Assembly: GCA_963772365.1 (NCBI GenBank)
Contig: CAVYXA010000005.1
Location: forward strand, 128,001 to 192,000
Length of the DNA: 64,000 nt
Source of the DNA: an uncultured Verrucomicrobiae bacterium
Lineage (GTDB): Bacteria > Verrucomicrobiota > Verrucomicrobiia > Chthoniobacterales > UBA10450
Direction of reading: 5' to 3'
Shown here one piece after another: positions 49,237 to 60,334 of this stretch (position 1 is its first letter; each line of letters opens with the position of its first letter). The position numbers and the translations under genes are program-made. The notes under the pieces were generated by a model. The model saw only the letters and a program-made list of their open reading frames with translations, searched no databases and was not told the origin of the DNA.

Positions 49237-51510
49237 TCAACGGACCGCGACGCGAGACGAAGCCGCCCGTCCGTGATCGTCGAGAGCGGTGATCTCATAA
49301 TCGCCAGTGCCCGGCTTCCATAAACACACGTCACCGCACGCCGCCGTTCCGATCAAAGTTTTGCCCGCAAACCAGTAAATTTCGCGAACATCGCCGTCCG
49401 TTTTCGCTTTTAACGGAATGCTTTTCGAGGATGTGAGTACAATTCGTTGTCCCTCGGCCGGCGAAATGATTCGCGGAGGAGTTCCATCGCGAGCCGCGAG
49501 TTCAACTGACGAGCCGGGCAGAAATGGCGGCGGCAATTTCCGAGGCAATCCGGCGCTGGCAAAGAGCGTCATAAATTCGCTGGACCAGAATTCGTAGATT
49601 TCATGGCGCAAAACGTGTCTGCCGTCATCAACCGGCAGGCGCAATCCGGTGGCTACATCGACGAGCACTTCGCGATGAACATCGCAGGTTTTAATCGGCG
49701 AAACTCCGGGAATGAACCAGCCCTCGACGCGCTGCGTGCAGAACGGCCCGGGCAAATCGCCCGAGACAGCGCAAAATTCCACGCGTTTCAGATTTGCACC
49801 GGCCAGCGGCAAATGCGGTTCGTTAGGCTGTGGCCAGGTCGCGCGCAGACTATCGATGATCCGGAACAGCAGCGGAGCGGCTGCGCTTCGCCCGATGAAG
49901 TTTGGATTGGCGCGGCCATCGAAGTTCCCGATCCAAACAGCAAGCACATAATGATCGAAGATCGCCACCGACCAGGCATCGCGAAAACCGTGCGATGTTC
50001 CAGTTTTCCAAAAGACCGGCGCCATTCGTGTCGAATCCGCGCAGGCCATTTCCGGTCTGGGCTGATCCAGCATTTCAATGGTAAGAAAAACAGCTTCGGG
50101 TGAAATGAGGCGCGACGCGTTCGCGGCAATCGGATCGCTGCGAACGCGGCGGAGTGGACGAAGTTCTCCTTCATTCGCCAAAGCGGCGTAGAGTCGAACC
50201 AGGTTCTCCATCGAAATTTCTGCCCCGCCAAGCGGAAGCGTTAGGCCATAGGTCGATTCCGAACCTGCCAACGGAACACCGGCGCGGCGGAGAAATTCGT
50301 AGAAGGTCGGGTGCGACAGTTTCGAGGCCAGTTCGATTGCGGGGAGATTTCGGCTGCGGGCGAGCGCGTCGGTTGCGCGAATCGGGCCGAGAAACTCGCG
50401 ATCGAAATTCTCCGGATTATAATCGCCGAAACTTCGCGGCGCATCGGCCAGGATCGACAACGGATGAATCAAACCTTGATCGATCGCGAGCGCGTAAACA
50501 AACGGCTTTAGTGCCGAGCCCGGCGAGCGCGGACTGCGTGTTCCGTCGACCTGTCCCTGAATTGCCGCGTTGAAAAAATCGGCGGAACCGATTTGCGCGA
50601 GCACATCCATCGTGCGGGAGTCGATCAGCAATGCCGCAGCGTTCTGCATTCCGCGATTTCGATTCATCCGAATGTAACCGGCGACACGGCGCTCGATCAG
50701 TTGCTGTCGATCCAAATCGAGCGTGGTTACGATCGCTCGCTCGTTTCTGCGTGTTATCAGAACTTGCTGAACAAAATGTGGCGCTAAAAATTCAGGCTCT
50801 GTCTCTGCTCGCGGCCGGAACAAAATTGCCGCATCGCTGTTATGTCGGGTGCGCCGGGAGAGAACGGCATTCAGCGCGTGATTCTCGCGATCGACCAGCA
50901 GCGCGCGTCGCGAAGGACTTTGCGGAATCATGCTCAAAGCGATCGATTCAGGCCGGCTTAAACGCGCGGCAGGCTTCACGAAGTAGAATTCGCTCGCCGC
51001 GGCTGCGCCTTCGATGTTTCGCCCATACGGCGCGAGATTCAGATACGCTTCGAGAATTTCGTCTTTCGAGTAATGACGTTCGATTTCCAGAGCCAGCAGG
51101 ATTTGATTTAACTTTCCAGCGAATGTTCGCGTGTGCAGATGAAAACGGAGACGCGCCAGTTGCATCGTGATTGTCGATGCTCCCATGCGCGGAGCGCCAC
51201 GCAACAAACCAACTGTGGAGCGAAATAAGGCGACCGGATTCACGCCCGGATGACGCCAAAAATATTTATCTTCGTATCGCAGCGTCGCACCGATCAGTTC
51301 CGGGGAGATGTCACGCAGCGGTGTAAGGATTCGAAATTTCTGGTCGGAAGTGAGCGTGACTCTGAGCAATTTGCCATTTCGATCGCGAACAGATTGCGAG
51401 AACGAAACACCGTCGAGCAACTGTGGCTTTGGCAATGCGAGCCAGAATGCAACAGCTAATACGGCGAGAAATAAGAGCGACCGCAGCGTCTTCTTCAATC
51501 GCATGTTCAT
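49237..51510 (-). CDS. pbpC: Penicillin-binding protein 1C
   Basis: EDKYF, GASTITMQLAR, GSALKPF, KTGTS; follows the A2M gene. Confidence 0.93.
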   Translation of the reverse strand: MNMRLKKTLRSLLFLAVLAVAFWLALPKPQLLDGVSFSQSVRDRNGKLLRVTLTSDQKFRILTPLRDISPELIGATLRYEDKYFWRHPGVNPVALFRSTVGLLRGAPRMGASTITMQLARLRFHLHTRTFAGKLNQILLALEIERHYSKDEILEAYLNLAPYGRNIEGAAAASEFYFVKPAARLSRPESIALSMIPQSPSRRALLVDRENHALNAVLSRRTRHNSDAAILFRPRAETEPEFLAPHFVQQVLITRRNERAIVTTLDLDRQQLIERRVAGYIRMNRNRGMQNAAALLIDSRTMDVLAQIGSADFFNAAIQGQVDGTRSPRSPGSALKPFVYALAIDQGLIHPLSILADAPRSFGDYNPENFDREFLGPIRATDALARSRNLPAIELASKLSHPTFYEFLRRAGVPLAGSESTYGLTLPLGGAEISMENLVRLYAALANEGELRPLRRVRSDPIAANASRLISPEAVFLTIEMLDQPRPEMACADSTRMAPVFWKTGTSHGFRDAWSVAIFDHYVLAVWIGNFDGRANPNFIGRSAAAPLLFRIIDSLRATWPQPNEPHLPLAGANLKRVEFCAVSGDLPGPFCTQRVEGWFIPGVSPIKTCDVHREVLVDVATGLRLPVDDGRHVLRHEIYEFWSSEFMTLFASAGLPRKLPPPFLPGSSVELAARDGTPPRIISPAEGQRIVLTSSKSIPLKAKTDGDVREIYWFAGKTLIGTAACGDVCLWKPGTGDYEITALDDHGRAASSRVAVR

Positions 51511-54500
51511 TCCGTCACGCTGATCCGTCCGCCGACGCCCACTCCTTTGATATTGCGTTCGTACATCGAGCCCGCGAAAACCGGTGGAACGACAAACTCG
51601 CCGCGATTATCGGGCTTGATCTGATAATTGATCTCAAGCACTCGCTTGGACACGGTCGCGAAAAAAACGGCGCGATCTTCGCGAAGATCGACGTAATCGA
51701 CGCCCGCGATGGAGGAAATGCCCGGCTGCAACGATGTTGTTACGACTTCAAATCCGCCTGGCAGAAGATCGATGATGGCGACATTGCTGATCCATTCGCG
51801 ATTCACGCTCCGCACATGCAAGCGAACGTGAACCGGTTCGCCCAATTTCGTGCGCGTCACTGGCTTATCGTTTTTGTCGAGCAGCTCGCGATAAACTTCC
51901 AAGCCTTCCGTCACCGCCTTTTGCGGAACAGATCGATCGAACCCGGCTTCGATCACCTGGAAAAACGTACCCAGCGGATTCGTTGCTCCTGCGCTTTTGA
52001 AACGCAGCGCAGTCGCTTTTTCTGAAAATGCGGAGCGCAGCATCATCTTCGCGCCGGTGGCCAAAGTCGTCTCACGTTTGTCCGTACGGACGTCGGCGAT
52101 GGTGAGCGTCGGCAGATTTTGCGCGACAACATGCGAATATGTTTTTAACGCCTGCACCGCATATGCCGCCGAAAGCGTGTTGAAATCGCCTTCGCCGATC
52201 GGTTGCAGAATTTGTTCGAATTGCTGCGCTGAAAGTCTTTTCAGGCGCGACGGAAATTCACGCCCGAGCACGGCGACATATTGCGAGTTGGTCCCGAGAG
52301 GCTGGCAGAAATCATCGTAATCACGCGCGGCACGATTGTCGATCTTGAACTGGTCGATCAGACTCTCGGCATCGCTATCCTTGTGCAAGAGCTTGAGCGC
52401 TCCGGCGAGATAGACACCGGTGAGATCGTTCTCCCAGTTGTCTTCGTGATTCTTGTCGAGGTAATCGCGGAGATTGAGAATGTAATTTGTGGTGATGACC
52501 CCTTCGCGCGTGAGCACGTAAATCGCATAGGCAATCGTGCGCGCTTCCGCCAGATCCGATGGTTCGCTCGCGACCATTTTCCGGAGATAACGCAAACCGC
52601 TGGCGAACATCTCTGGAGGCGGCGGAAAACCGGCGACCTTTGCTTCGCTCAGAAAATGCATCCCGTAAGCGGAAACAAAGCTGATCTTTTCGCCGGTCTC
52701 CGGAGCCCAATAACCAAATGCGCCTTGATCGTTTTGTCTGCGCTGGAGCACTCCAAATGTGCGCTCGACCTGCTTGTTAATTTCCGCGCGGCTCAGTCCG
52801 AAATCGGCTTCGTCGGCCAGCAGCAGCCGGCAAAATGCGCCGCTAACGAGCTGCTCGGTACAACCGTGCGGGAAATTTTTTAGGTAAGCGTCGAGTCCGC
52901 GGGCCAGGCCAAGCGGCAGCGCGGAAGCAGTCGCGTCGCGTTTCGCAAACTCGGAATAAATCTGGCGCGTAATCGGAATTTCCGTGCTGCCCTTCTTAAG
53001 GTTTCCGCTACGGACGTCGGTCACGAATGGCGTAGCTGGCCGAATGCTGAGTGTCGCGCGTCGATGCGTTTCGATCCCGTTTCGGCTCGCAGTGAGGTTG
53101 ATCTCGCCCGAGCCGAGAACATCATTTACGCGAAATCGAAACGTTGCGCTTTGCTCCCGTCCTTCTGCAATTTTCATTTTCTGGCTGGCATTGCCGAGGA
53201 TCGACAAGTGCGGAGAAGTTTCCGCGCGTAGCGCGATCTCGGCATCCGCGCCTGAACCTTCGACGTTGTTCGCCACCGTCACGCCAACTTCAAATTCATC
53301 CCCCGGCGCCGCTAAAACCGGGGCGCTCGGCGTTATGACGAACGGCCCCCGAATCAACGTTTCGCGATCCGCTGATCCCGTCGTTTCGTTCGAAACGGCG
53401 ACGGCCATTATTTTTAAGGCGCCGTCAAAGAAATCAGGCACGTCATAGACGACTTCGCGTCGCGTTGTGTCGGCATCGACAATTCCAGACCAAAACACCA
53501 CCGGCTTTTCGGTGACGCGCTTGAATGGATTCAGCTTTTGGACTTCACCGCCGTCACCGCCGAAAGCCGAGAGCGATCGCAACAGGGAAAATTCGGGAAT
53601 GATAAGATCGACAATCTGCGCAGTCTCGACTCCGAGCGCGCATTTGCGGAAGAAGTAGGCGAGCGGATCGGGCGTTTTGTAATTCGTGACCTGTAAAATT
53701 CCCTGATCGACCGCGAAGATGACGATTTTGCCCGGCCGATCTGTCTTGTAGCCGATCCGTAGCGGCTCGCCCGGTTTTGATTTGGCAGCGGTATCGATGT
53801 CGATCTTGAGGCGGCGCTTCTCAACATTTGCCGTAAACGGAACAACGCCATAGCTCAGCGGGCTCACAAAAATCTCCTTCGAATCGAGCGCCCGGACAAA
53901 AGCCACATTGACATAACCACTTCCTTCGAAATCAGCTGGCAGCCGAATGTGCTGAACGCTGCTGGCGCTGCTCGTCTCGAACCAGGCAAACGCATAAACT
54001 TTTTCGCGCTCGATTGTGATGAGTCCACTCCCGGCGTAGGGCGCCGTCACGCTCACTGCAATCTCGTCACCGGCCCGGTATTCTTTTTGATCTAGCTTGA
54101 TTTCGAGCTCAGCGTTTTTCTCGAGCGCATGGGCGACGCCTTGGCCGACGACGGAGAAATGAACGTTCGCAAGCGCGCGATTGTGATCGTCGCGCAGGTC
54201 TAGGATGTAATTGCCCGGCTCATGGGTCGGCAGCGTATAATGCAAACCAGTCGCAGGAATCACGATCTTTTCCGTGGACGTCGGGCGTTCGCGCAGGACC
54301 GATTCGTAAACGTAATTTCCGTTCTCCTGTTTCTTGAGAACAGAAACGTACTCCTGGGCGATAACGTTGACCGTGACATTTTCGACGGCGATCCGATTGA
54401 GCTGCGCGTCGACGGCAATCAAATCCACCGCCCGCGGTTTGCTCATGTCGATGTAACGGAGATCGCCGCCGGTCTTGCAGCCGACGACATACGGCAGCGC

Positions 54501-57287
54501 CGAGACGAGCGCGCTAACATAGCTGGTCACGCTGCGGCCGCCTTCGCTTTCGAATCCCTCGGCGATAAAGCGGACCGAATAGGTCGCGTCAGCAAATCGT
54601 TCCAGTTTCAAATCGAACCCAGTGCTTCCCTGTTCGTTCGTCTTGGTTTCGCCAAGATCGACAGTTTGCTCTTCGCGATATTTCTTTTCGTCCAGCAATG
54701 GATCGAAAAATGTGTAGTCGCGAAATTCCGGAAACGAAAACGCGGCCGGGGCGAGCTCGATTTTTCCGGTGACACGGCGATCGGTTGCCGGTGTTCCGTA
54801 AAGGTTGGCCAAAAGAACCGACGCATGAACGTTATCCGGGCTGATCCAGCCGCGTGGGGCGCTTTTGGAAAGGCGCGCCTCGATCTTCATCCGATCGGGC
54901 AGAAACTCTTTTACGTTTGCAGTTGTCGATCCCAACAAGGTCGCACGCCTGTTGTTCTTGATGAGATAAACATTGATCGTGTAAAGGCCGGTGGGGGACT
55001 CGTTAGCCGTGAGATAACTTAGCTCGACAAAACCGCTGTCGGGCAGCGTGATCTTTTTGGTTTGGACGCGCAGATCGCGTGCATCGACAACCTCGGTTTC
55101 AACTGGCAGATCTTTCAGGTTTCCATGCCAATTGCGCTGTTTCACCACCGCGCCGATGTGGATCTCGTCGCCCGGCCGATAAACGCCGCGCTCAGTGAAA
55201 ACAAACGCGTCCAAACCGTCAGGGCCGATGTTCTCCGCGCCGTCGATATCGAATCGCGAAAAATTCAGGACGCGATCGTCGGTCGCAAATGGTAGGAAGG
55301 AGACGTCATCGCCGTAGCGCGCGACAAATGCGACCGGTGCTTTTTCCCGCTCAGATTTTTCCACCGATGGAAAAGAGCAATGTCCACCGGTGTCCGTTTG
55401 AGCCGACTGAATGGGGACACCATTCTTGCCCAGGATCTCAACGGTAGCGCCACCGATCGGCTTTCCGGTTTTGATCGAGATTAGGAAAACGTCGCTGCTG
55501 CCGCCGTTGTTTTTCTTACTCAGGATTCCGATATCGGTGATGAGGAGAAATCGACTGTCTCTCACCGATTGAATCGTTTTTTTTGTGACCGGGTCCCAAC
55601 CACGTGCAGTCAGGAAAAATAAACCACGCTCACTTCCGCCGTCCGCCGGCTTGGTCAAGTAGGCCGAGAAATTGAATGCGGAATAATTCGCTTTCCATTT
55701 GTCTGGGGCCGCGATCGGCTGCTGTTCCAGACCGATTCGTGAAATGTTTTCCTGGTTAAACAAACCGGGATCGCGAAATTCCGGCTCTTCAAATTTTCCT
55801 TCGGTCTGACTGACGAGATGATTGATCTGGGTCGTGGCTACGCGGGCGATTTCGTATTCGATCGCCGTCAGGCCGCGCGAGCGGATCGACAATTTTCGTT
55901 CGCCATTCAATGCCAGCAATCCACCCTGGCCTTCGATTTGAACCTCGCGCGGCAGCTCTGGAACATCGACAACTGCGTTGTGATCTTCCACCAGCGGGTA
56001 ATCGCCGAGCGCGCGCACTCCTTTTGCGATCCGGATGTAAAGCTCGCCATCAGTTTCCACCCGCACCCGAAATGCGTGTTGTCGATCCTGCGCTTTCTCC
56101 GACGGAATTGCGGTGATCTCAATTGATTTGGCTTGATCGAGGACTTGATCGGGAACATCTGATGCGCTCTTCCATTTCGAATTTTCGCTCACAGATTCCT
56201 CGTTAGATTCCTCCGATTCCTGCGAGTCAGTGTCGGCCGATTCGTCTTGGTCAGCAGCTTCCTCTGCTCGTTTTGGCAGCAGCCAAACTTTTACGGCTTT
56301 TGCCAGATCGCGCGTGGCAATGTCTGCCGTTGTTGTGACAATGAGGACTTGTTCCGGCTCGCCATTCTTGTTTCGAACGATTATGCCGGAAACGGAATCG
56401 ATCTGGAACGCCGTGGCGATGGACGGGATTCGCACTTTCTCCTCGACATCCTCATTTGTTTGCGCACCGCCTTGAGTTGTGCGAACGCCTTTGCTCAGCA
56501 CGAGCTTCATGAAATCCTCCCGCTCTGGCAGTGTGACTGGCGAACTGCGCAGGTAGGCCAGCCGGTTATGCAGTCCGTAGTTAATATTGAAATGGGGCGC
56601 GCTCTCCGATGGTGGAAACACATTTGAGCCACCGATCATTTCCAATTGAATGTGTCGATCCAACTCGCCGGGCTCGACTGCATGGGTGAGCTCCAGCGTC
56701 GCGGTTACTTCCCGCCGGGTTGGGTTGGTCGGGTCCTGATAGAGTTCGAGCTGTTTTATCGCGATCGTGAACGGCGGCGTCTGCGCCTCATATTCCAGCC
56801 GCTCCATCCGTATCTGGTTCGGAAAAAATTTCTTGTCGAAAATGATCCGGAATTTTTTGTCAGCAGGCCAATCCTGATTGGGTTTAAAGAAGAGATGTTT
56901 GTCACCCGCCCACATCCACTTGCCAGCCGTCGGCGGATCGAGCCGCACTCCTCGGAGATCGGTCTTTTTCAGATCTTCCAGACGCGCCACGGAGTCGCTG
57001 AATCGGATATCGAGCGTGGGAAATGTTAACTCTTTGTCCAACTTCGTTACCGGAATCGGTTCGACAGTTACCGTGACGTAACGCGGTTTTGGCCGATGCT
57101 CGTACCAATTCAAAGTCCAGGCTGCCCCGGAAAGGAACAGAAGAACGAGGACGACTACCGCAGCGACCATGCGCGGATGTCGCTCCAATGCCGCGCGGAC
57201 ACGATTGATCCAGTCGGGCGGACGCCACGCGATATTGCCGAAGATGTGAGCCGGAAGTTGCCGACAGAACACGAAAAAGTTTTTCAT
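51507..57287 (-). CDS. Bacterial alpha-2-macroglobulin
   Basis: 1926 aa; ERGVYRPG, AVDQGIL, thioester motif GCTEQ, DLLPGGFE, REDR. Confidence 0.93.
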   Translation of the reverse strand: MKNFFVFCRQLPAHIFGNIAWRPPDWINRVRAALERHPRMVAAVVVLVLLFLSGAAWTLNWYEHRPKPRYVTVTVEPIPVTKLDKELTFPTLDIRFSDSVARLEDLKKTDLRGVRLDPPTAGKWMWAGDKHLFFKPNQDWPADKKFRIIFDKKFFPNQIRMERLEYEAQTPPFTIAIKQLELYQDPTNPTRREVTATLELTHAVEPGELDRHIQLEMIGGSNVFPPSESAPHFNINYGLHNRLAYLRSSPVTLPEREDFMKLVLSKGVRTTQGGAQTNEDVEEKVRIPSIATAFQIDSVSGIIVRNKNGEPEQVLIVTTTADIATRDLAKAVKVWLLPKRAEEAADQDESADTDSQESEESNEESVSENSKWKSASDVPDQVLDQAKSIEITAIPSEKAQDRQHAFRVRVETDGELYIRIAKGVRALGDYPLVEDHNAVVDVPELPREVQIEGQGGLLALNGERKLSIRSRGLTAIEYEIARVATTQINHLVSQTEGKFEEPEFRDPGLFNQENISRIGLEQQPIAAPDKWKANYSAFNFSAYLTKPADGGSERGLFFLTARGWDPVTKKTIQSVRDSRFLLITDIGILSKKNNGGSSDVFLISIKTGKPIGGATVEILGKNGVPIQSAQTDTGGHCSFPSVEKSEREKAPVAFVARYGDDVSFLPFATDDRVLNFSRFDIDGAENIGPDGLDAFVFTERGVYRPGDEIHIGAVVKQRNWHGNLKDLPVETEVVDARDLRVQTKKITLPDSGFVELSYLTANESPTGLYTINVYLIKNNRRATLLGSTTANVKEFLPDRMKIEARLSKSAPRGWISPDNVHASVLLANLYGTPATDRRVTGKIELAPAAFSFPEFRDYTFFDPLLDEKKYREEQTVDLGETKTNEQGSTGFDLKLERFADATYSVRFIAEGFESEGGRSVTSYVSALVSALPYVVGCKTGGDLRYIDMSKPRAVDLIAVDAQLNRIAVENVTVNVIAQEYVSVLKKQENGNYVYESVLRERPTSTEKIVIPATGLHYTLPTHEPGNYILDLRDDHNRALANVHFSVVGQGVAHALEKNAELEIKLDQKEYRAGDEIAVSVTAPYAGSGLITIEREKVYAFAWFETSSASSVQHIRLPADFEGSGYVNVAFVRALDSKEIFVSPLSYGVVPFTANVEKRRLKIDIDTAAKSKPGEPLRIGYKTDRPGKIVIFAVDQGILQVTNYKTPDPLAYFFRKCALGVETAQIVDLIIPEFSLLRSLSAFGGDGGEVQKLNPFKRVTEKPVVFWSGIVDADTTRREVVYDVPDFFDGALKIMAVAVSNETTGSADRETLIRGPFVITPSAPVLAAPGDEFEVGVTVANNVEGSGADAEIALRAETSPHLSILGNASQKMKIAEGREQSATFRFRVNDVLGSGEINLTASRNGIETHRRATLSIRPATPFVTDVRSGNLKKGSTEIPITRQIYSEFAKRDATASALPLGLARGLDAYLKNFPHGCTEQLVSGAFCRLLLADEADFGLSRAEINKQVERTFGVLQRRQNDQGAFGYWAPETGEKISFVSAYGMHFLSEAKVAGFPPPPEMFASGLRYLRKMVASEPSDLAEARTIAYAIYVLTREGVITTNYILNLRDYLDKNHEDNWENDLTGVYLAGALKLLHKDSDAESLIDQFKIDNRAARDYDDFCQPLGTNSQYVAVLGREFPSRLKRLSAQQFEQILQPIGEGDFNTLSAAYAVQALKTYSHVVAQNLPTLTIADVRTDKRETTLATGAKMMLRSAFSEKATALRFKSAGATNPLGTFFQVIEAGFDRSVPQKAVTEGLEVYRELLDKNDKPVTRTKLGEPVHVRLHVRSVNREWISNVAIIDLLPGGFEVVTTSLQPGISSIAGVDYVDLREDRAVFFATVSKRVLEINYQIKPDNRGEFVVPPVFAGSMYERNIKGVGVGGRISVTE

Positions 57288-57376
57288 TTTGGTATAGATT
57301 CGTCAGTTCACTCAAAATCTTTCAAAAAATCGATACTATTTGTCTCTCGCACCGGAACCCGATAAGTAGGATCGGG

Positions 57377-57988
57377 ATGAAAACCGGCGGCCTGCTCGCT
57401 ACCCGGCGAAGTCTGATCGATCGATTGGCCAACTGGGACGATCAACGGCGCTGGCAGGAATTTTTCGATACCTATTGGAAATTGATTTACGGCGCAGCGC
57501 GTCGATCGGGTCTGACTGACGCCGAATCACAGGATGTGGTCCAGGAAACGATTATCACCGTTGCGCGACAGATTGAGAAACTGCATTACGATCCGGCGAT
57601 TGGTTCGTTTAAAGGCTGGCTTTTGCAGATCACGCGGTGGCGGATCGGGGACCAGCTTCGCAAACGGGATCGCGCGATAAAACTGCAGGCGAATGATGAT
57701 CAGCGAACGGCAACGATTGAGCGGCTGCCCGATCCGAACATTGTCGATCTTGAGACATTTTGGGAACGCGAATGGCAGGAGAATCTGTTGGCAGCAGCTA
57801 TCACGCGCGTGAAAAAGAAAGTCGATCCGAAACAGTTTCAGATTTTCGATTGCTATGTGCGCAAGGAATGGCCCGCGCAAGAAGTGGCGCGGAAATTACG
57901 GGTCAGCGTCGGCCAGGTTTATTTGGCGCGACACCGCGTCGGCGCGCTTTTGAAAAGGGAAATCAGGACGCTGAAAAAGACTGGCTGA
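57377..57988 (+). CDS. ECF sigma-70 factor (kinase-associated type)
   Basis: TRRSLIDRL..WQEFFDTY, QDVVQE, GSFKGWL, C-terminal HTH. Confidence 0.9.
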   Translation: MKTGGLLATRRSLIDRLANWDDQRRWQEFFDTYWKLIYGAARRSGLTDAESQDVVQETIITVARQIEKLHYDPAIGSFKGWLLQITRWRIGDQLRKRDRAIKLQANDDQRTATIERLPDPNIVDLETFWEREWQENLLAAAITRVKKKVDPKQFQIFDCYVRKEWPAQEVARKLRVSVGQVYLARHRVGALLKREIRTLKKTG

Positions 57989-58012
57989 TAGCAAAGACGA
58001 AGTTTCGTAGCG

Positions 58013-60328
58013 TTGCCACTCCGCCCGCCGTTGTGTAAAATCGCTTTTATCGCTAACGAGGTTTCCGCGAAAATTCCAATCATCCCCGATCACGAAGTGC
58101 TACGCGTGATTGGGCGAGGCGCGTATGGAGAAATCTGGCTGGCGCGCAGTCTCACCGGCACGCTTCGCGCCGTAAAAGTGGTGTATCGCAGCACATTTGA
58201 AAGCGAACCCGCTTTTCGGCGCGAATTTGAAGGAATGTGCGCCTTCGAGCCGATCTCGCGGGCTCATGCTGGCTTTGTCGATATTCTTCATGTCGGCCGG
58301 ACCCGCGATTATCTCTACTACATCATGGAATTGGCGGATGATCACCTGACTGGCCGCAAGATCGACATTGCCGATTACATTCCCCGCACTTTGAAGAGTG
58401 ATCTCGACCGGCAGAAGCATTTCTCCGCTGCAGAATCGATTAAGCTCGGCTTGTCGTTAACTGAGGCGGTCGACGCTTTGCATGCGCGCGGACTCAATCA
58501 TCGCGATATCAAGCCGTCGAACATCATCTTTGTCGATGGCGTTCCGAAATTGGCCGACATCGGATTAGTCGCTGCAACAGGGCAGCGTTCGTTCGTTGGC
58601 ACCGAAGGATACGTACCTCCGGAAGGGCCGGGGACGCCAGCGGCAGACATTTTCAGTTTGGGCAAGGTTCTCTACGAAACCTGCACTGGCAAAGATCGGC
58701 TCGATTTCCCGGAGCTGGATTCGCGCTTGAGCGATCGCGGCGACAAGGAGCAACTGCTGCAATTGAACGACGTCTTGATGACGGCGTGCGCGAACGAACC
58801 GGGGCGCCGTTATCCATCCGCCAAAGCAATGCACGACGATCTGGCAGTGCTCAGGCGGGGAGAACCGCTGCCTCGAAAAAGATCGCGCACCAAGTTTATA
58901 GCCGTCGCGGCTGCGGCTGCTCTGTTGATGTTGTTTGGGGTGGCGGTTTTGTATCGCGCGTTCCACGCGCAAAATCCGAACCAAGTCGATCTTCGCGTCG
59001 TGATAAACACGGAGCCAGGTAACGCGCTGGTCTTATTGGGCGATCATGCGAAACGGAGCCCGGCCACGTTCGAAAATGTGGAACCGCGAAACTACAAGCT
59101 TCGGATCATGCTGTCGTACTACGATCCAGTGGAAACGATCGTCGATGCTGAAAAATCAACGTCTCTGCCGGTTTTTCATTTGGTTCGCAGCAAGGGCGGC
59201 CTCGAAGTTCGATCCCAGCCAGCGGGAGCGACGGTTTCGATCCGAAGCAATGACGGCCAGGTATCGCGCAGCGGAATCGCACCGGCAAATTTTTCGGATT
59301 TGCCGGCAGGCAAATACATAGTGAGTGCGGCGCGCGGGGATTGGGAATTGCGCGATGAAATCGAGGTCCAGCGCAGTCAAACTACAGAGAAGAATTTTGT
59401 ATTCGCTAATGGAAGCGTAAAGATCACGAGCGCACCCAGCGGCGCGACCGTGATGCGGGGCGATCGCGAGCTTGGGCAGACGCCGTTGGTGATCGACGAG
59501 GTCAAACCCGGTCGCGTAGTTTACGATCTGCGATTGGCCGGCTACAAATCTGCATCGGTCGAAGGACGAGTCGAACCGCAGCAACAGGCGTTCCTAGCCG
59601 CGCGACTGGAAAGAAATTTGAGCCCGGAACCTGGACAGCCCTGGACGAACTCACTTGGAATGAAATTCGTCCCACTCGGCCAAATTCGGATGTCTGTCTG
59701 GGAAACGCGGGTTCAGGATTATGAAACATTTTGCCAAGCCACCGGCAGGCATTACGAACCTCCAGATTTCGAACAAGGTCCGACCCATCCGGTTGTAAAA
59801 GTGAATTGGTTTGACGCGATGGCATTTTGTAAATGGTTAACCGAAAAAGAACGCGACGAAGGTTTGCTGGAAGATCGACAGATGTACCGGCTCCCGACCG
59901 ATTTGGAATGGAGCGCCGCAGTGGGCCTACCGAATGAGAGCGGCGGGACGCCGGAGGCGCGAGATGGCAAGATTCGTAACGTATTCCCATGGGGAAAACA
60001 ATGGCCGCCGCCGCCTAGCGCGGGGAATTATTCCGTTGGAACAGGACAACGCAGCGGTACCAGCAGGCCGGTGGGAAGTTTCAGCCCCAATGCGCTTGGG
60101 ATCTACGATCTAGGCGGAAACGTGTGGGAATGGTGCATTGAAAGTTATAAAGGGAGCAGCGGCACAACGGGACGCGACTGGGGCGTCTTGCGCGGCGGTT
60201 CGTGGGCCACGAGCAATCGGCTGGAATTGCAATCGTCTTATCGCAATGTGGTCGATCGCAACGAGCGCGACGTGATTTACGGATTTCGTTGCGTTCTGGC
60301 CGCCGAAGGTAAGATCGACAATCAATAA
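58013..60328 (+). CDS. Ser/Thr kinase - TM - PEGA repeats - FGE-sulfatase domain protein; start uncertain
   Basis: GRGAYG, AVK, HRDIKPSN, DIG, GTEGYVPPE; TM; ITSAPSGATV; NSLGMKFV, RLPTDLEW, DLGGNVWEW, GFRCV. Confidence 0.9.
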   Translation: MPLRPPLCKIAFIANEVSAKIPIIPDHEVLRVIGRGAYGEIWLARSLTGTLRAVKVVYRSTFESEPAFRREFEGMCAFEPISRAHAGFVDILHVGRTRDYLYYIMELADDHLTGRKIDIADYIPRTLKSDLDRQKHFSAAESIKLGLSLTEAVDALHARGLNHRDIKPSNIIFVDGVPKLADIGLVAATGQRSFVGTEGYVPPEGPGTPAADIFSLGKVLYETCTGKDRLDFPELDSRLSDRGDKEQLLQLNDVLMTACANEPGRRYPSAKAMHDDLAVLRRGEPLPRKRSRTKFIAVAAAAALLMLFGVAVLYRAFHAQNPNQVDLRVVINTEPGNALVLLGDHAKRSPATFENVEPRNYKLRIMLSYYDPVETIVDAEKSTSLPVFHLVRSKGGLEVRSQPAGATVSIRSNDGQVSRSGIAPANFSDLPAGKYIVSAARGDWELRDEIEVQRSQTTEKNFVFANGSVKITSAPSGATVMRGDRELGQTPLVIDEVKPGRVVYDLRLAGYKSASVEGRVEPQQQAFLAARLERNLSPEPGQPWTNSLGMKFVPLGQIRMSVWETRVQDYETFCQATGRHYEPPDFEQGPTHPVVKVNWFDAMAFCKWLTEKERDEGLLEDRQMYRLPTDLEWSAAVGLPNESGGTPEARDGKIRNVFPWGKQWPPPPSAGNYSVGTGQRSGTSRPVGSFSPNALGIYDLGGNVWEWCIESYKGSSGTTGRDWGVLRGGSWATSNRLELQSSYRNVVDRNERDVIYGFRCVLAAEGKIDNQ

Positions 60329-60334
60329 GGCCAC

